Of a stretch of 64,000 bases of DNA, positions 1 to 10,204 are shown in pieces. Source of the DNA: Minisyncoccota bacterium (lineage in GTDB: Bacteria > Patescibacteriota > Minisyncoccia > Phycocordibacterales > PALSA-1337); contig DATDZD010000002.1 of the NCBI GenBank assembly GCA_036516895.1, positions 13,769 through 77,768 of the forward strand. Reading direction: 5' to 3'. The notes beneath the pieces are model-generated. The model saw only the letters and a program-made list of their open reading frames with translations, did no database searches and was not told where the DNA came from. Numbering within the stretch: the first letter of the stretch is position 1; the number at the start of each line of letters is the position of its first letter. The position numbers and the translations under genes were made by a program.

Positions 1-611
1 CGGGGAATGGGAGAACGGTCTGGGTCTGCGTCAATGAGCAGATTTATTTTGACCAAGCGAACATTTGGAATATTTACCGGTTGTGAAAGAGGTGATGATG
101 TGCCAGCGTATGTATTGTCAAAATATTCAAAAAGAGCGGAGGATGTGGCATTTTTTATATTAGAAGCGAGGGTGATAAATGTTTCTTGCGATGGAATATA
201 AGATGGAGGAGAACCGGTTGATTTTATAATTCCTTTCTTGAGAATTGTCGCTATCAAATAATATCTGACTCTTTCTTGCAAACCATCTGCGTCAATATCG
301 CTAAAAAAAGTGATACTGCTTGTGGCCGCTTGGACAATAGGATAAGAGCCGTCACTTCCCGACTTTGCCGGACGAAGCTCCTTTACCATAGTTCTCAAAA
401 TAGCTCTAGCATCTTCCGCGCCTTGAAGAGAATCGCTTGAATATTTATTAAACTGAAATATATTCACTTGAAAAGAAGAGACGGCTATCATTATCAATCC
501 CAATATGGCTACAGCTAAAAGTATTTCAATCAAAGTAAATCCTCTGTCATTATGGGCAGATTTATCCTGATTTATTCTATTTGAATTCTTTCTCACGGCT
601 TCTATTGTCAT
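1..611 (-). CDS. Prepilin-type N-terminal cleavage/methylation domain protein (pseudopilin). The C-terminus lies beyond the window start
   Basis: Reverse-strand ORF starting at ATG 611-609. The translation MTIEAVRKNSNRINQDKSAHNDRGFTLIEILLAVAILGLIMIAV carries the canonical G|FTLIE class-III signal followed by a hydrophobic helix. It is not in the ORF track because it runs off the window edge. Confidence 0.6.
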   Translation of the reverse strand, partial: MTIEAVRKNSNRINQDKSAHNDRGFTLIEILLAVAILGLIMIAVSSFQVNIFQFNKYSSDSLQGAEDARAILRTMVKELRPAKSGSDGSYPIVQAATSSITFFSDIDADGLQERVRYYLIATILKKGIIKSTGSPPSYIPSQETFITLASNIKNATSSALFEYFDNTYAGTSSPLSQPVNIPNVRLVKINLLIDADPDRSPIP

Positions 612-619
612 AATGTTTT

Positions 620-2416
620 TTATGGAGAAAGTATTATGATTTCTTCTTTCCAATCTGATGAAATGGAGACCTCTGTGTCAGATGTAGTATATCCTTCTTT
701 TGAGACCGAGACGGTATATATTCCGTCTGATAACCCGGAGAAAATCACCTGCCCGGGAGGAGTGCAGGAAGAAGTGTAAGTAAAAGCAATGTCGGAAATA
801 TTGGGAGTTGATGTAGAAGATTCTGTCGAGAGAAAAACTTTGTATCTAACAAAACGGTCATTGTCATGTATAGAGTTAATATTAGAATTCACCAAAGTGT
901 AATATGTGCTCACAGTACCGTCTGGACCTTTATAATCCCATGTGGTAGTTGCTGTGATTTCTCTGTTCGTAGCGACCTGAAATTTGACGCTATTTTCTCC
1001 TGAAGCTATGGGCTGGTCTGTGGGAGACCATATTATATTGTGAAAATTGCTATCTGAACCAGTATCTATTGTGGAAGATTCAAGATATCCGACGGGATTG
1101 TACTCGCCAAAAACATTTCGCAATTTAATTTCTCCTTCCTGGCTACTTGTATCAATATTTCCATCATCATAAAAATATTTTACAATGTCTGTGAAAACAA
1201 CTTGACCTGAACCGCCAGACCAGTCCGTTTGATTTATATATCCCCTATCTGTCTTTTTTGACGAAAAATATTCACCAGTGTCAGTAAGATTCACAGTAGC
1301 GTCCGCAATAGGCAAGCCCGTACTGCTGTCTTTGACAGTGACCGAAAGCCCTTTTGGATTTTTAGAAGTCACCACCAGTTGAACATTCTGTGAGCTATTT
1401 GGATTCAAAGCTATGAAATTTGGAGGATTGACCCCTATAATATCGTAAGAGTCATCAAGACTTTTAACAATGTAACTATCCCATTCCACAGAACTATTGG
1501 AATAGGAACCACTGCCATTTGTAATCAGATTTTGGGAATATTTCGGAAGATTGACGCCAATAAGCTTTGAGCCGACAAGCTTAAAATCAATACCGCCTAC
1601 TGGAGCGCATATTGAATTTATGCTTGAGAAATATAGCACGCTTAATTGGTCAATAGAGAAACTTATTTGGGTGACTTGTTGGATAACAACAGTGGCGTTC
1701 GGCTGAATTGGGTTTGGATTTTCCATATCCTCGGGTGGATATGTCCTGGCTGTAGAGTATCCAGATTTAGAGATAGTGATAGCGTAAGCATTGACGCCAG
1801 TAGGAGCGTCTACGATTTGGAGCATTCCATTTACATCAGTAACATCATCTATAATAATATCGGGGTCTGCGAGAGTATTCACTATATGCACATCGGCATT
1901 TTGGACTGGTTGCCCGCTCCCGTCAAAAACTTTTATAAACAACGCGCCATTATTGGAAGCTGTTTCCAAATTTTTTGGAGCAATAGTCGTCGTCAAAATA
2001 ATGGGGATGAAATTCTTGCAAGCGGGACAGTTCACTTGCACTTCTATGAGTTTATTATCGGCAGGAGAAAGGTCATTTGGAGCACCTCCAATAGTCCCAT
2101 CAAAAGGCAGGTCAATATTTCTGACAGTAAAAATGACAATAAAAGGAATTCCTCCTCTAGTAAAGTTCTGAACATGCGGAATTTTTCCATTGGGAATACC
2201 GGAGATTTCTCCAACATCGGAATATGAAAGATTGCGAGCAATTTCAAATTGCTCATTTGCAAGATTGAGACCTAAAATTTTATATTGATTCAAGTTGATG
2301 AGAGTAAATAAACTGGTATAAGCCTGGTATACAGCAGTAGCGATGACAAGAAAGACCGCTACCCCCACAAGAGTTTCAATGAGAGTAAAAGATTTTGAGT
2401 GTGTTCTATATCGCAT
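620..2416 (-). CDS. Large pilin-like protein (598 aa) with a prepilin-type N-terminus, possibly a tip adhesin or minor pilin
   Basis: N-terminus MRYRTHSKSFTLIETLVGVAVFLVIATAVYQ is a prepilin-like methylation motif with Ser rather than Gly at position -1. It sits in an operon with PilC/PilB and the long C-terminal region is Thr/Ser/Asn-rich and beta-rich. Confidence 0.6.
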   Translation of the reverse strand: MRYRTHSKSFTLIETLVGVAVFLVIATAVYQAYTSLFTLINLNQYKILGLNLANEQFEIARNLSYSDVGEISGIPNGKIPHVQNFTRGGIPFIVIFTVRNIDLPFDGTIGGAPNDLSPADNKLIEVQVNCPACKNFIPIILTTTIAPKNLETASNNGALFIKVFDGSGQPVQNADVHIVNTLADPDIIIDDVTDVNGMLQIVDAPTGVNAYAITISKSGYSTARTYPPEDMENPNPIQPNATVVIQQVTQISFSIDQLSVLYFSSINSICAPVGGIDFKLVGSKLIGVNLPKYSQNLITNGSGSYSNSSVEWDSYIVKSLDDSYDIIGVNPPNFIALNPNSSQNVQLVVTSKNPKGLSVTVKDSSTGLPIADATVNLTDTGEYFSSKKTDRGYINQTDWSGGSGQVVFTDIVKYFYDDGNIDTSSQEGEIKLRNVFGEYNPVGYLESSTIDTGSDSNFHNIIWSPTDQPIASGENSVKFQVATNREITATTTWDYKGPDGTVSTYYTLVNSNINSIHDNDRFVRYKVFLSTESSTSTPNISDIAFTYTSSCTPPGQVIFSGLSDGIYTVSVSKEGYTTSDTEVSISSDWKEEIIILSP

Positions 2417-2422
2417 CTATTT

Positions 2423-3637
2423 TTATATTGCATCTACAAGAGAGTACATTGGAGTAATCATGGCCACAGCAAAGAACCCCACCGCGACTGCTATAACAAT
2501 CATGAGAAACGGCTCAATGACAGTAGACATATCTTTTGTCTTCTGGTCAACATCTTCTTCGTAGTATACAGCCACTCCGATAAGCATTTCTCCTATTTTT
2601 CCAGTTTCTTCTCCCACATTTATCATCTCGCTCATAAAGATGGGATAAATATCTGGATTTTCGGAAAAAACTTTTGAGAGAGGGTCGCCTTTCTCTACAG
2701 CTGTAGCAGATTTCTCAAGCACTTTTCTGTAGTGTACATTTTGCACAATATCAGAAGTAATTCTCAATGATTCCAAAATATCAACATCAGATTCTATAAG
2801 AGAAGAGAGGGTTCTCGCAGTGCGAGCAACATTGACTTCTTTTATTAGATTGCCAATAAGAGGTATCTTCAGAATAATTTTGTGGATAATATTTTTGCCA
2901 CGCGCGCTTTTTGACCATAAATAAAAAGCGAAGTAAAGAATAATAAAGCCAGTAAAAATAATAATGCCGTCATTTTGCAGTGCATTGCTTATAAATAACA
3001 CAATTCTTGTTGAAATTGGTAGAGAAAGATGTAATTCTGTAAAAGTCTTTGTTAAAGTAGGAACAACATATGTCAAAAGAATAATAGTTATTATAATCAT
3101 GGCCAATAAAATAACAGCCGGATACAACAAAGCGCCACGAATCCTTCTCTGTAGAGTATAATTTTTCTCCATTTGCAGAGTAACTATGCGCAATGACTCG
3201 CTCATAGTTCCGCTTTGTTCTCCAGAATGGACCATGGCTATCATGAGAGATGAGAACATATTCTTAAATGAACCCATAGCGTCGCTCAACGGCTTGCCTT
3301 TTCGCACATCTTCATTGAGAGTTGAGATAATGCTTTTGACTTTCTTGTTAGTTCCCTGCCTTTCCATAACAGAGAGAGCTTGGGACATGGAAAGTCCAGC
3401 TTTTATCATAGCGCCAAGACTTCTGGAGAAATTTATTTTCTCTTGAGTCCTTATGGAATTGATAAACGGAATCGATATGCTATTTAAAGTCAGCATTTTT
3501 TTATTTTCTTCTACCGATATCACTTCTTCTCCTGATGTTTTAATCATTTTGTACAACTCAAAGCGGTCTTTGGCGTCTTGCTCGCCTTTATGAGTTTCTC
3601 CACTTGGCTTTTTTGCTTTGAAAATGAAATGTGGCAT
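2423..3637 (-). CDS. pilC: Type IV pilus assembly platform protein PilC (GspF family)
   Basis: 404 aa with a polytopic membrane architecture and duplicated GspF-like regions. It lies adjacent to the PilB ATPase and the pilins. Confidence 0.8.
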   Translation of the reverse strand: MPHFIFKAKKPSGETHKGEQDAKDRFELYKMIKTSGEEVISVEENKKMLTLNSISIPFINSIRTQEKINFSRSLGAMIKAGLSMSQALSVMERQGTNKKVKSIISTLNEDVRKGKPLSDAMGSFKNMFSSLMIAMVHSGEQSGTMSESLRIVTLQMEKNYTLQRRIRGALLYPAVILLAMIIITIILLTYVVPTLTKTFTELHLSLPISTRIVLFISNALQNDGIIIFTGFIILYFAFYLWSKSARGKNIIHKIILKIPLIGNLIKEVNVARTARTLSSLIESDVDILESLRITSDIVQNVHYRKVLEKSATAVEKGDPLSKVFSENPDIYPIFMSEMINVGEETGKIGEMLIGVAVYYEEDVDQKTKDMSTVIEPFLMIVIAVAVGFFAVAMITPMYSLVDAI

Positions 3638-3696
3638 ATTTTATATGAAATCTTTGTGTAAAATTTTTTATGACAGCATTAACATGTTTCTTCTGT

Positions 3697-5457
3697 CTAT
3701 TCAGATATGACACGAAGAACTTCTTCTATGGTAGTAAACCCTTGCACCGCTTTGAAAATACCATCTTCAATCATGGTCATCATTCCCTCTTCCTTTGCTT
3801 GCACTTCTATATCTTCTGATGTTCCTCCTTTTATAATGATATCTTTTATTGTCTGATTTACTTTTAGAACTTCATGAATTCCTATGCGACCCTTATAGCC
3901 ATCATCGTCTTTTCCGGCAACTGCTTTCCAAAAAGGAATTTTCTCCCAAGATTCTGTATTTTTGATGATTTTCTCTACTTTAAGCACTTGAAGGACACGA
4001 TCCAAATTAACAGACTTTGATAAAGACGCTATTTCCGGCTTTGACAGAAAATATTTTTCTTTATTTTCAGAGAGACGACGCACAAGCCGTTGGGCAATAA
4101 TGACATTTATAGTGGAAACTAGAAGGAATGGCTCTATTTTCATATCAATAAGTCGCGGTATGGCTCCAGCAGCGCTATTGGTATGTAGAGTAGAGAGAAC
4201 AAGATGACCCGTCAAAGATGCATTAACCGCTAATCCAGCAGTTTCATTATCACGAATCTCGCCAACCATGATAATATCAGGGTCTTGGCGAACCAATGTA
4301 CGCAAGCCGGAGGCAAATGTAAAGCCGATTTCGGGATTGACTTGCGTCTGATTTATACGCTTCATTTGATATTCTACAGGGTCCTCAATAGTGGAAATAT
4401 TAACATCTGGCTGGTTCAAAATATCAAGAATGGTATAGAGAGTTGTGGTTTTTCCAGAGCCAGTCGGGCCTGTGGTCAGTATCATTCCTGTAGTCTGTAT
4501 GACGGCGTTATGTATTCTTTCAAGTCCTTCTCCATGAAAAGCCAGATATTCCAGAGTGAACCCCGAAACATTTTCCCTAAGAAGACGCATGACTGTTTTT
4601 TCTCCATAATATGTGGGAAGAATAGAAACGCGAAAAGAAACTTTCTCATTATTCATATCCACCTTGAAACGACCATCCTGTGGGAGGCGTTTCTCATCAA
4701 GCTTAAGATTTGAAAGGACTTTTATGCGAGCGGTAATAGATGGTTCGGCATTTTTTGGCAAAATCATAGCATCATGTAGAAGACCATCTATGCGATAGCG
4801 AACCAAAAGTTCTTCTTCCATTGGTTCAATATGTATATCTGAAGCATTCTGCAAAATGGCGTGTTTAAGCAAAGTATCCACAATACGCACCACAGGCAAA
4901 TCTTCGGCTATTTTTTTTAAATCTTTCTCTGTTGTAGGATTTCCATTCTTTATGCCCGCTTCTTCCGCTATAGTCTTTAGCGTGGCTGATTCTTTTTGAA
5001 TCAAATCTCCAAATTCCGCCTTTAGACTCTTTTGATATTGAACAATTACATTTTTTATTGATTCTGTGTCGGTCAGACGAGGCAATATCTTCAGATTAAC
5101 TTTTTTTTTGACAAAATCAATAGCAGAGAGGTCATTGACTTCAAGCATTGCCACCTCCAAAGTATCATCTGTTTTCTTGAATGCTATAATATTGTGATTC
5201 CTAGCCACCGGTTCTGGAATCATAGACAATGTTTCAAAAGGAATCTTTCTTGACTTCAAATCAACAAAAGGAATGCCAAGAACATATGCCTGCATGCGAC
5301 GGAGATTGTCTTCTGTGATTTTTCCCGAGTTTACGAGAATCTCTCCCACCCCTGTCCCTTTTTTCTCGGCTTCTTTGAGAGCGTAATCAAAGTCAGTTCT
5401 AGAAACAAGATTAGAGTCAATAATAAATTTATTAAGTTGCGAGTCAAGGATGAGCAT
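3697..5457 (-). CDS. pilB: Type IV pilus assembly ATPase PilB (GspE family)
   Basis: Walker A TGPTGSGKTTTLY, Walker B and Asp/His boxes (DPDIIMVGEIRD, TGHLVLSTLHTNSA) are present. The N-terminal GSPII_E-like domain is also present. The likely start is the internal Met (MLILDSQ...) rather than the track start at 5547. Confidence 0.85.
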   Translation of the reverse strand: MLILDSQLNKFIIDSNLVSRTDFDYALKEAEKKGTGVGEILVNSGKITEDNLRRMQAYVLGIPFVDLKSRKIPFETLSMIPEPVARNHNIIAFKKTDDTLEVAMLEVNDLSAIDFVKKKVNLKILPRLTDTESIKNVIVQYQKSLKAEFGDLIQKESATLKTIAEEAGIKNGNPTTEKDLKKIAEDLPVVRIVDTLLKHAILQNASDIHIEPMEEELLVRYRIDGLLHDAMILPKNAEPSITARIKVLSNLKLDEKRLPQDGRFKVDMNNEKVSFRVSILPTYYGEKTVMRLLRENVSGFTLEYLAFHGEGLERIHNAVIQTTGMILTTGPTGSGKTTTLYTILDILNQPDVNISTIEDPVEYQMKRINQTQVNPEIGFTFASGLRTLVRQDPDIIMVGEIRDNETAGLAVNASLTGHLVLSTLHTNSAAGAIPRLIDMKIEPFLLVSTINVIIAQRLVRRLSENKEKYFLSKPEIASLSKSVNLDRVLQVLKVEKIIKNTESWEKIPFWKAVAGKDDDGYKGRIGIHEVLKVNQTIKDIIIKGGTSEDIEVQAKEEGMMTMIEDGIFKAVQGFTTIEEVLRVISE

Positions 5458-5696
5458 TGATATTATTATATCATGAGTATAAAAATAACCCCCAATTCGC
5501 CAAAGCTTTCGCCGAGACAAATCGAGGGTCAAACACTGACCATCCACTGTATCTTAAACACCAAGATTTTCTCTGGCGTGTTTATGCAGTTTTGTCAAGT
5601 CTAGCATTTTTGCTCCTCTCTGCTATACTTTCTACATCTGAAGTTCGCCTGCCGGCGAACATTTTTTATAAGAAATTACAAACTAAACACAAAACC

Positions 5697-6830
5697 ATGT
5701 TTGACTTAAAGATAATGCATTCCGTTCTTCAGCAATTAGAAGAAGAGCGAGGTATACCAAAAGAGAAAATGCTTGAGGCGATTGAGCTGGCTTTGGCTAC
5801 TGCCTACAAAAAAGAATACGGCAAAAAAGGTCAGATTATCAGGGCTATATTTGATTCTAATAGCGGAAAAGTGGAGTTCTATCAGGTCAAGATAGTAGTA
5901 GATGAATCAAAGGTCATTATGGAAGATGAGGAGGAGCAAGAAATGGACCTAAAAACTATTGACCAAGAAAATATAAAGGTCAGATTCAATCCCGAACATC
6001 ATATTCTCCTAGCCGATGCAAAAAAGATAAAAAGAGATGCAAAAATAGATGATGATATCGTCTTTCCTCTGGAATTGAAAGAAAACTATGGTCGTATTGC
6101 CGCTCAAACAGCAAAGCAGGTCATCATTCAAAAGATAAGAGAAGCGGAAAAAATATCTGTTTTGAGCGAATATGGACAAAAAGAAGGAGAAATAGTGTCT
6201 GGAACAGTCCAACGACTAGAAAGAGGAGCATTATTCATTGATATGGGACGAGCAGTGGGAGTAATACCATACGAAGAACAAATACCAAACGAACATTACA
6301 AACAAGGAGAGCGCGTAAGAGCTTATTTATACGCAGTTGAAGAAACTCCAAAGGGTATTATGCTGAAGCTTTCCAGAGCACACCCGAAATTTTTATCAAA
6401 ACTTTTTGAAATAGAAGCTCCTGAAATAGCGCAAAGAGTAGTGGAGGTCAAAGCCATAGCTCGCGAGGCGGGTGCTCGTTCAAAGATAGCTGTTCATTCC
6501 ACTGACAGTCATATAGACCCTATCGGCTCTCTTGTCGGACAACGCGGGGTGAGAGTTTCCACAGTTATGAGCGAATTAGGTGGAGAAAAGATTGATATTA
6601 TTGAGTGGAACGAGGATATGTCAAAATTCATAGCCGAGGCACTCTCTCCGGCAAATATAGCAAGCATTGAACTTATTAAAGAAGAAAATCGCGCCATAGT
6701 AAAAGTCTCTGAAGACCAACAATCTCTAGCTATAGGAAAAGGCGGTCAAAATGTGCGTTTAGCCGCAAAACTCACTGGATGGAAAATAGATATTCAGCCA
6801 GTAGCTATAGGTAGTATAAAAAGCGAATAA
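5697..6830 (+). CDS. nusA: Transcription termination/antitermination factor NusA
   Basis: N-terminus MFDLKIMHSVLQQLEEERGIPKEKMLEAIELALATAYKK is the NusA N-domain signature, followed by S1 and KH domains (GSLVGQRGVRV..., IGKGGQNVRLAAKLTGWKIDI). The track start at 5457 overlaps the divergent pilB, so the ATG at 5697 is preferred. Confidence 0.85.
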   Translation: MFDLKIMHSVLQQLEEERGIPKEKMLEAIELALATAYKKEYGKKGQIIRAIFDSNSGKVEFYQVKIVVDESKVIMEDEEEQEMDLKTIDQENIKVRFNPEHHILLADAKKIKRDAKIDDDIVFPLELKENYGRIAAQTAKQVIIQKIREAEKISVLSEYGQKEGEIVSGTVQRLERGALFIDMGRAVGVIPYEEQIPNEHYKQGERVRAYLYAVEETPKGIMLKLSRAHPKFLSKLFEIEAPEIAQRVVEVKAIAREAGARSKIAVHSTDSHIDPIGSLVGQRGVRVSTVMSELGGEKIDIIEWNEDMSKFIAEALSPANIASIELIKEENRAIVKVSEDQQSLAIGKGGQNVRLAAKLTGWKIDIQPVAIGSIKSE

Positions 6831-6937
6831 TTTATTCATTAATTGGCAGGTATGCTATAATATGTATCGCAGGTATCATTAAATATTATTTATCAATCAT
6901 TAATTATAAAAAATTAGCAAAATAACGACAACTATTT

Positions 6938-7726
6938 ATGAAATCATCAATATCTAAAAAAATAACCTTATTATTCTCCGTATTCTCACTCTGTATATTC
7001 TTTGGCATTTCTACTGTTCAAGCCAATACAGACACGCAAATAGAAGCAATAAACCCAAAACCTGTTGCCACACGACCTCCTTTAGGTGAAAAAATAAAAG
7101 CCGATATAGAAAACCGTATTGAAAAAAATAAAGAAATGCGCAACGACGAATTGGGGCAGAGACAAGAAATAAAGAATATCAAACAAACCGCTAAGCAAGA
7201 GATAAAGGATTTGCGCTTAGAAAAGCGTGAGGAAATAAAACTAATTCGCGCGTCTAGCACAGATATGTTCAAGAGAACAGCTGAAATTCGCAAAGAAATC
7301 GCAAAGAAGATGGAAGTGAACAAATTTGAAATTCGCAAAAACGCTCTTGTGAGAGAGCTTAAAGTAGCCATAAGCAACCTTAATAATATCAATATCCGCA
7401 TTGAATCTAGAATCATCAAAGCTGAAAGCGAGGGTCGTAATATGATAGATGCAAAAGAGCTTCTGGTCACAGCCAATAATAAATTAGAAACAGCAAAAGC
7501 TGAAGTGCAAAGATTTGAAAATATCAGTATAGATTTAAACATCAATAATACAAACAACACAGTCGCCTCTACATCAGAAATTGACCTTGTAAAACCAAGA
7601 CAATTGGGAGATACAGCGATAAAAAGCGTCAGGGAAGCCAAAAGCGCATTCCAAAAAGTCGTGAATGCCATCGCTCGCGCTATGGGACTTGGAAACACAG
7701 CAAGCACAACAACTGTGACAAATTAA
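6938..7726 (+). CDS. Hypothetical secreted coiled-coil protein with signal peptide, Lys/Glu-rich
   Basis: Signal-like N-terminus ITLLFSVFSLCIFFGISTVQA followed by highly charged repetitive helix-forming sequence. Confidence 0.5.
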   Translation: MKSSISKKITLLFSVFSLCIFFGISTVQANTDTQIEAINPKPVATRPPLGEKIKADIENRIEKNKEMRNDELGQRQEIKNIKQTAKQEIKDLRLEKREEIKLIRASSTDMFKRTAEIRKEIAKKMEVNKFEIRKNALVRELKVAISNLNNINIRIESRIIKAESEGRNMIDAKELLVTANNKLETAKAEVQRFENISIDLNINNTNNTVASTSEIDLVKPRQLGDTAIKSVREAKSAFQKVVNAIARAMGLGNTASTTTVTN

Positions 7727-7744
7727 TAATATAAATAAAAAGAT

Positions 7745-8074
7745 ATGGATATAAATACTCAAAATTCAAGCGGTATGATGAATGGGATGTCCCCCACCCC
7801 AAACAATGAGAAAAAAGTGGGGCCTATTGTTGGAGCACTTATTATTGTTCTTATACTCATAATAGCGGCTCTTTATTTCTTTGGACAAAAACTCAATACA
7901 AATATTCCTTCTGAAACTCCATCTGCAAACGAAAACACCGAGATTTCATCGGAACAGACATCTCTCAATGTTCCACCTAATTCCATGACTGCCACAGCCA
8001 CAGAACCAGACAACATTCAATCCCTCCAATCAGACCTTGACATTCAGCTCAAAGATGTAGATTATAGCTTCTAG
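7745..8074 (+). CDS. Hypothetical small membrane protein
   Basis: 109 aa with one predicted TM segment (VGPIVGALIIVLILIIAALYFF). No recognisable family. Confidence 0.35.
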   Translation: MDINTQNSSGMMNGMSPTPNNEKKVGPIVGALIIVLILIIAALYFFGQKLNTNIPSETPSANENTEISSEQTSLNVPPNSMTATATEPDNIQSLQSDLDIQLKDVDYSF

Positions 8075-8149
8075 TCGTTGAAAGTGAATTTATAACAGCT
8101 TGAGAAAGTTATAAAAAATTAATAGTTTTAATAAAATATTCAATAAAAT

Positions 8150-10135
8150 ATGAATGCGTATGTTATTTTTGCCTTGATAAGTTCCATAATCGCCCTTTTA
8201 TACGGCTCTTTCCTCATTTCTTCCATTATGAAGAAGCCGACTGGAAATGACAAAATGAGAGAAATCGCCACCGCTATACAGCAAGGTGCAAAAGCGTATC
8301 TAAATCGTCAATATCAAACAATTGCTATTATTGCGCTTGTTCTTTTTATTGTATTATGGCCAACTTTAGGTATAAAAATCGCTCTTGGTTTCTTGATTGG
8401 CGCTATTTTTTCCGCTCTTGCTGGTTATATCGGCATGAATGTATCGGTCAGAGCAAATATTCGCACAACAGAAGCCGCTAGAAATGGTCTTGGTTCAGCT
8501 CTTTCAATCGCATTCAAAGGTGGTGCTGTAACAGGACTTTTTGTTGTTGGTCTAGCTCTTTTGGTTGTAACCGTATTTTATTCTATAACTGGTGATATAA
8601 ATTCACTTATCGGTCTTGCCTTTGGAGCTAGCCTTATTTCTGTCTTTGCTCGTCTTGGTGGAGGTATTTTCACAAAGGCCGCTGATGTAGGCACTGACCT
8701 AGTGGGCAAATTAGAAGCTGGAATTCCAGAAGATGACCCTAGAAATCCTGGCGTTATCGCTGACAATGTCGGTGACCATGTTGGAGACTGCGCTGGTATG
8801 GCTGCTGACCTATTTGAAACATACGCTGTCACCACTATTGCAACCATGATGCTTGGAGCTACTCTTTTTAAAGGGTTTGACGGAGCGCTTATTTATCCTC
8901 TGGCTCTTGGAGGAGTAGCTATTATCGCTTCTATCATCGGCACTTGGTTTGTTCATCTTGGAAAAAAACAGGACATCATGGGAGCAATGTATAAAGGGCT
9001 TATAGTTTCTGGAGTTCTTTCTGCTATTGTATTTTATCCTATTACAAATGGAATAATGGGCGCAAATGGCTTATATTCAGTAGCCAATTTATTTTTCTGC
9101 TCTATAATCGGACTTATAGTAACCGCTCTTCTTGTATTCATCACCGAATACTATACTTCTACAAAATATAGACCAGTTCAGTCTATAGCCGAAGCTAGTA
9201 TCTCCGGTCATGGAACAAATATCATACAAGGTTTAGCTATTTCCATGAAATCAACAGCTTGGCCTCTTATTGTCATAGTCATGGGAATCTTTTTTAGTTA
9301 TTATTTTGCTGGTCTCTATGGTATTGCTATAGCCGCAATGAGCATGCTTTCTATGGCGGGAATAATCATAGCCATAGACGCTTATGGACCTATTACAGAT
9401 AATGCCGGAGGTATTGCCGAAATGGCAAATCTTCCAAAAGAAATTCGTGATGTAACCGACCCTCTAGACGCCGTTGGGAATACAACAAAAGCTGTTACTA
9501 AAGGATATGCTATTGGCTCTGCTGGTTTAGCGGCTCTTGTATTATTCGCTTCATACACAGAAGCCACTCATGGAGCATTCACTTTTAGTCTAAGTGACCC
9601 TAAAGTCATCATCGGTCTCTTTATCGGTGGTCTCCTTCCTTATTACTTTGCCGCTCTTTGTATGGAATCTGTAGGTCTTACCGCCGCCAAAGTTGTTGAA
9701 GAAGTTCGCAGACAATTCCGAGAAATAGAAGGCATCATGGAAGGTATAACAAAGCCCGACTACGCTCGTTGTGTGGACATAGTGACAAAAGCCGCTATAA
9801 AACAAATGATAGTTCCAGCCCTTATTCCAGTCCTAGCACCTATTGTTGTCGGCTTTATCTTGGGTCCAGTAGCTCTTGGAGGACTTCTTGTTGGAAGCAT
9901 TGTCACAGGTCTCTTTGTAGCAATATCAATGACATCAGGAGGTGGAGCTTGGGACAATGCAAAGAAGCATATTGAACAAGGCAATCATGGCGGAAAAGGA
10001 AGCGACGCGCATAAAGCGGCTGTTACTGGAGATACTGTGGGAGACCCTTACAAAGACACCGCTGGACCAGCTATCAATCCTATGATAAAAATCCTAAATA
10101 TCGTAGCGCTTCTTATTGTGGTCTTTCTCATTTAA
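8150..10135 (+). CDS. hppA: Membrane-bound H+-translocating pyrophosphatase (V-type PPase)
   Basis: 661 aa polytopic protein with the hallmark motifs [50 protein letters not shown] and [16 protein letters not shown]. Confidence 0.9.
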   Translation: MNAYVIFALISSIIALLYGSFLISSIMKKPTGNDKMREIATAIQQGAKAYLNRQYQTIAIIALVLFIVLWPTLGIKIALGFLIGAIFSALAGYIGMNVSVRANIRTTEAARNGLGSALSIAFKGGAVTGLFVVGLALLVVTVFYSITGDINSLIGLAFGASLISVFARLGGGIFTKAADVGTDLVGKLEAGIPEDDPRNPGVIADNVGDHVGDCAGMAADLFETYAVTTIATMMLGATLFKGFDGALIYPLALGGVAIIASIIGTWFVHLGKKQDIMGAMYKGLIVSGVLSAIVFYPITNGIMGANGLYSVANLFFCSIIGLIVTALLVFITEYYTSTKYRPVQSIAEASISGHGTNIIQGLAISMKSTAWPLIVIVMGIFFSYYFAGLYGIAIAAMSMLSMAGIIIAIDAYGPITDNAGGIAEMANLPKEIRDVTDPLDAVGNTTKAVTKGYAIGSAGLAALVLFASYTEATHGAFTFSLSDPKVIIGLFIGGLLPYYFAALCMESVGLTAAKVVEEVRRQFREIEGIMEGITKPDYARCVDIVTKAAIKQMIVPALIPVLAPIVVGFILGPVALGGLLVGSIVTGLFVAISMTSGGGAWDNAKKHIEQGNHGGKGSDAHKAAVTGDTVGDPYKDTAGPAINPMIKILNIVALLIVVFLI

Positions 10136-10204
10136 TTTTGGTCAGTTTATTTTTTACTAATATCATTAAATCTATACATCTTATTTCTGAAATAATTAAA
10201 TGCA

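Noticed and set aside
7-201. 64 aa ORF at the window start on the + strand
   Set aside because: It lies antisense to the pseudopilin gene, whose prepilin motif and operon context clearly fit 1-611 (-). No supporting features.
1646-2227. 193 aa and 126 aa + strand ORFs inside the large pilin-like gene
   Set aside because: They are antisense to a well-supported 598 aa ORF. The sequence is low-complexity and typical of shadow ORFs in AT-rich DNA.
5457-5696. ORF-track start of NusA at 5457
   Set aside because: The N-terminal 80 codons overlap the divergent pilB start and have no NusA similarity. The conserved NusA N-domain begins at MFDLK (ATG 5697).
7018-7707. 229 aa minus-strand ORF overlapping the 6938-7726 gene
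   Set aside because: A shadow ORF. The plus-strand product has a signal peptide and coherent charged coiled-coil composition. The minus-strand translation is Leu/Ser/Phe-rich with no features.
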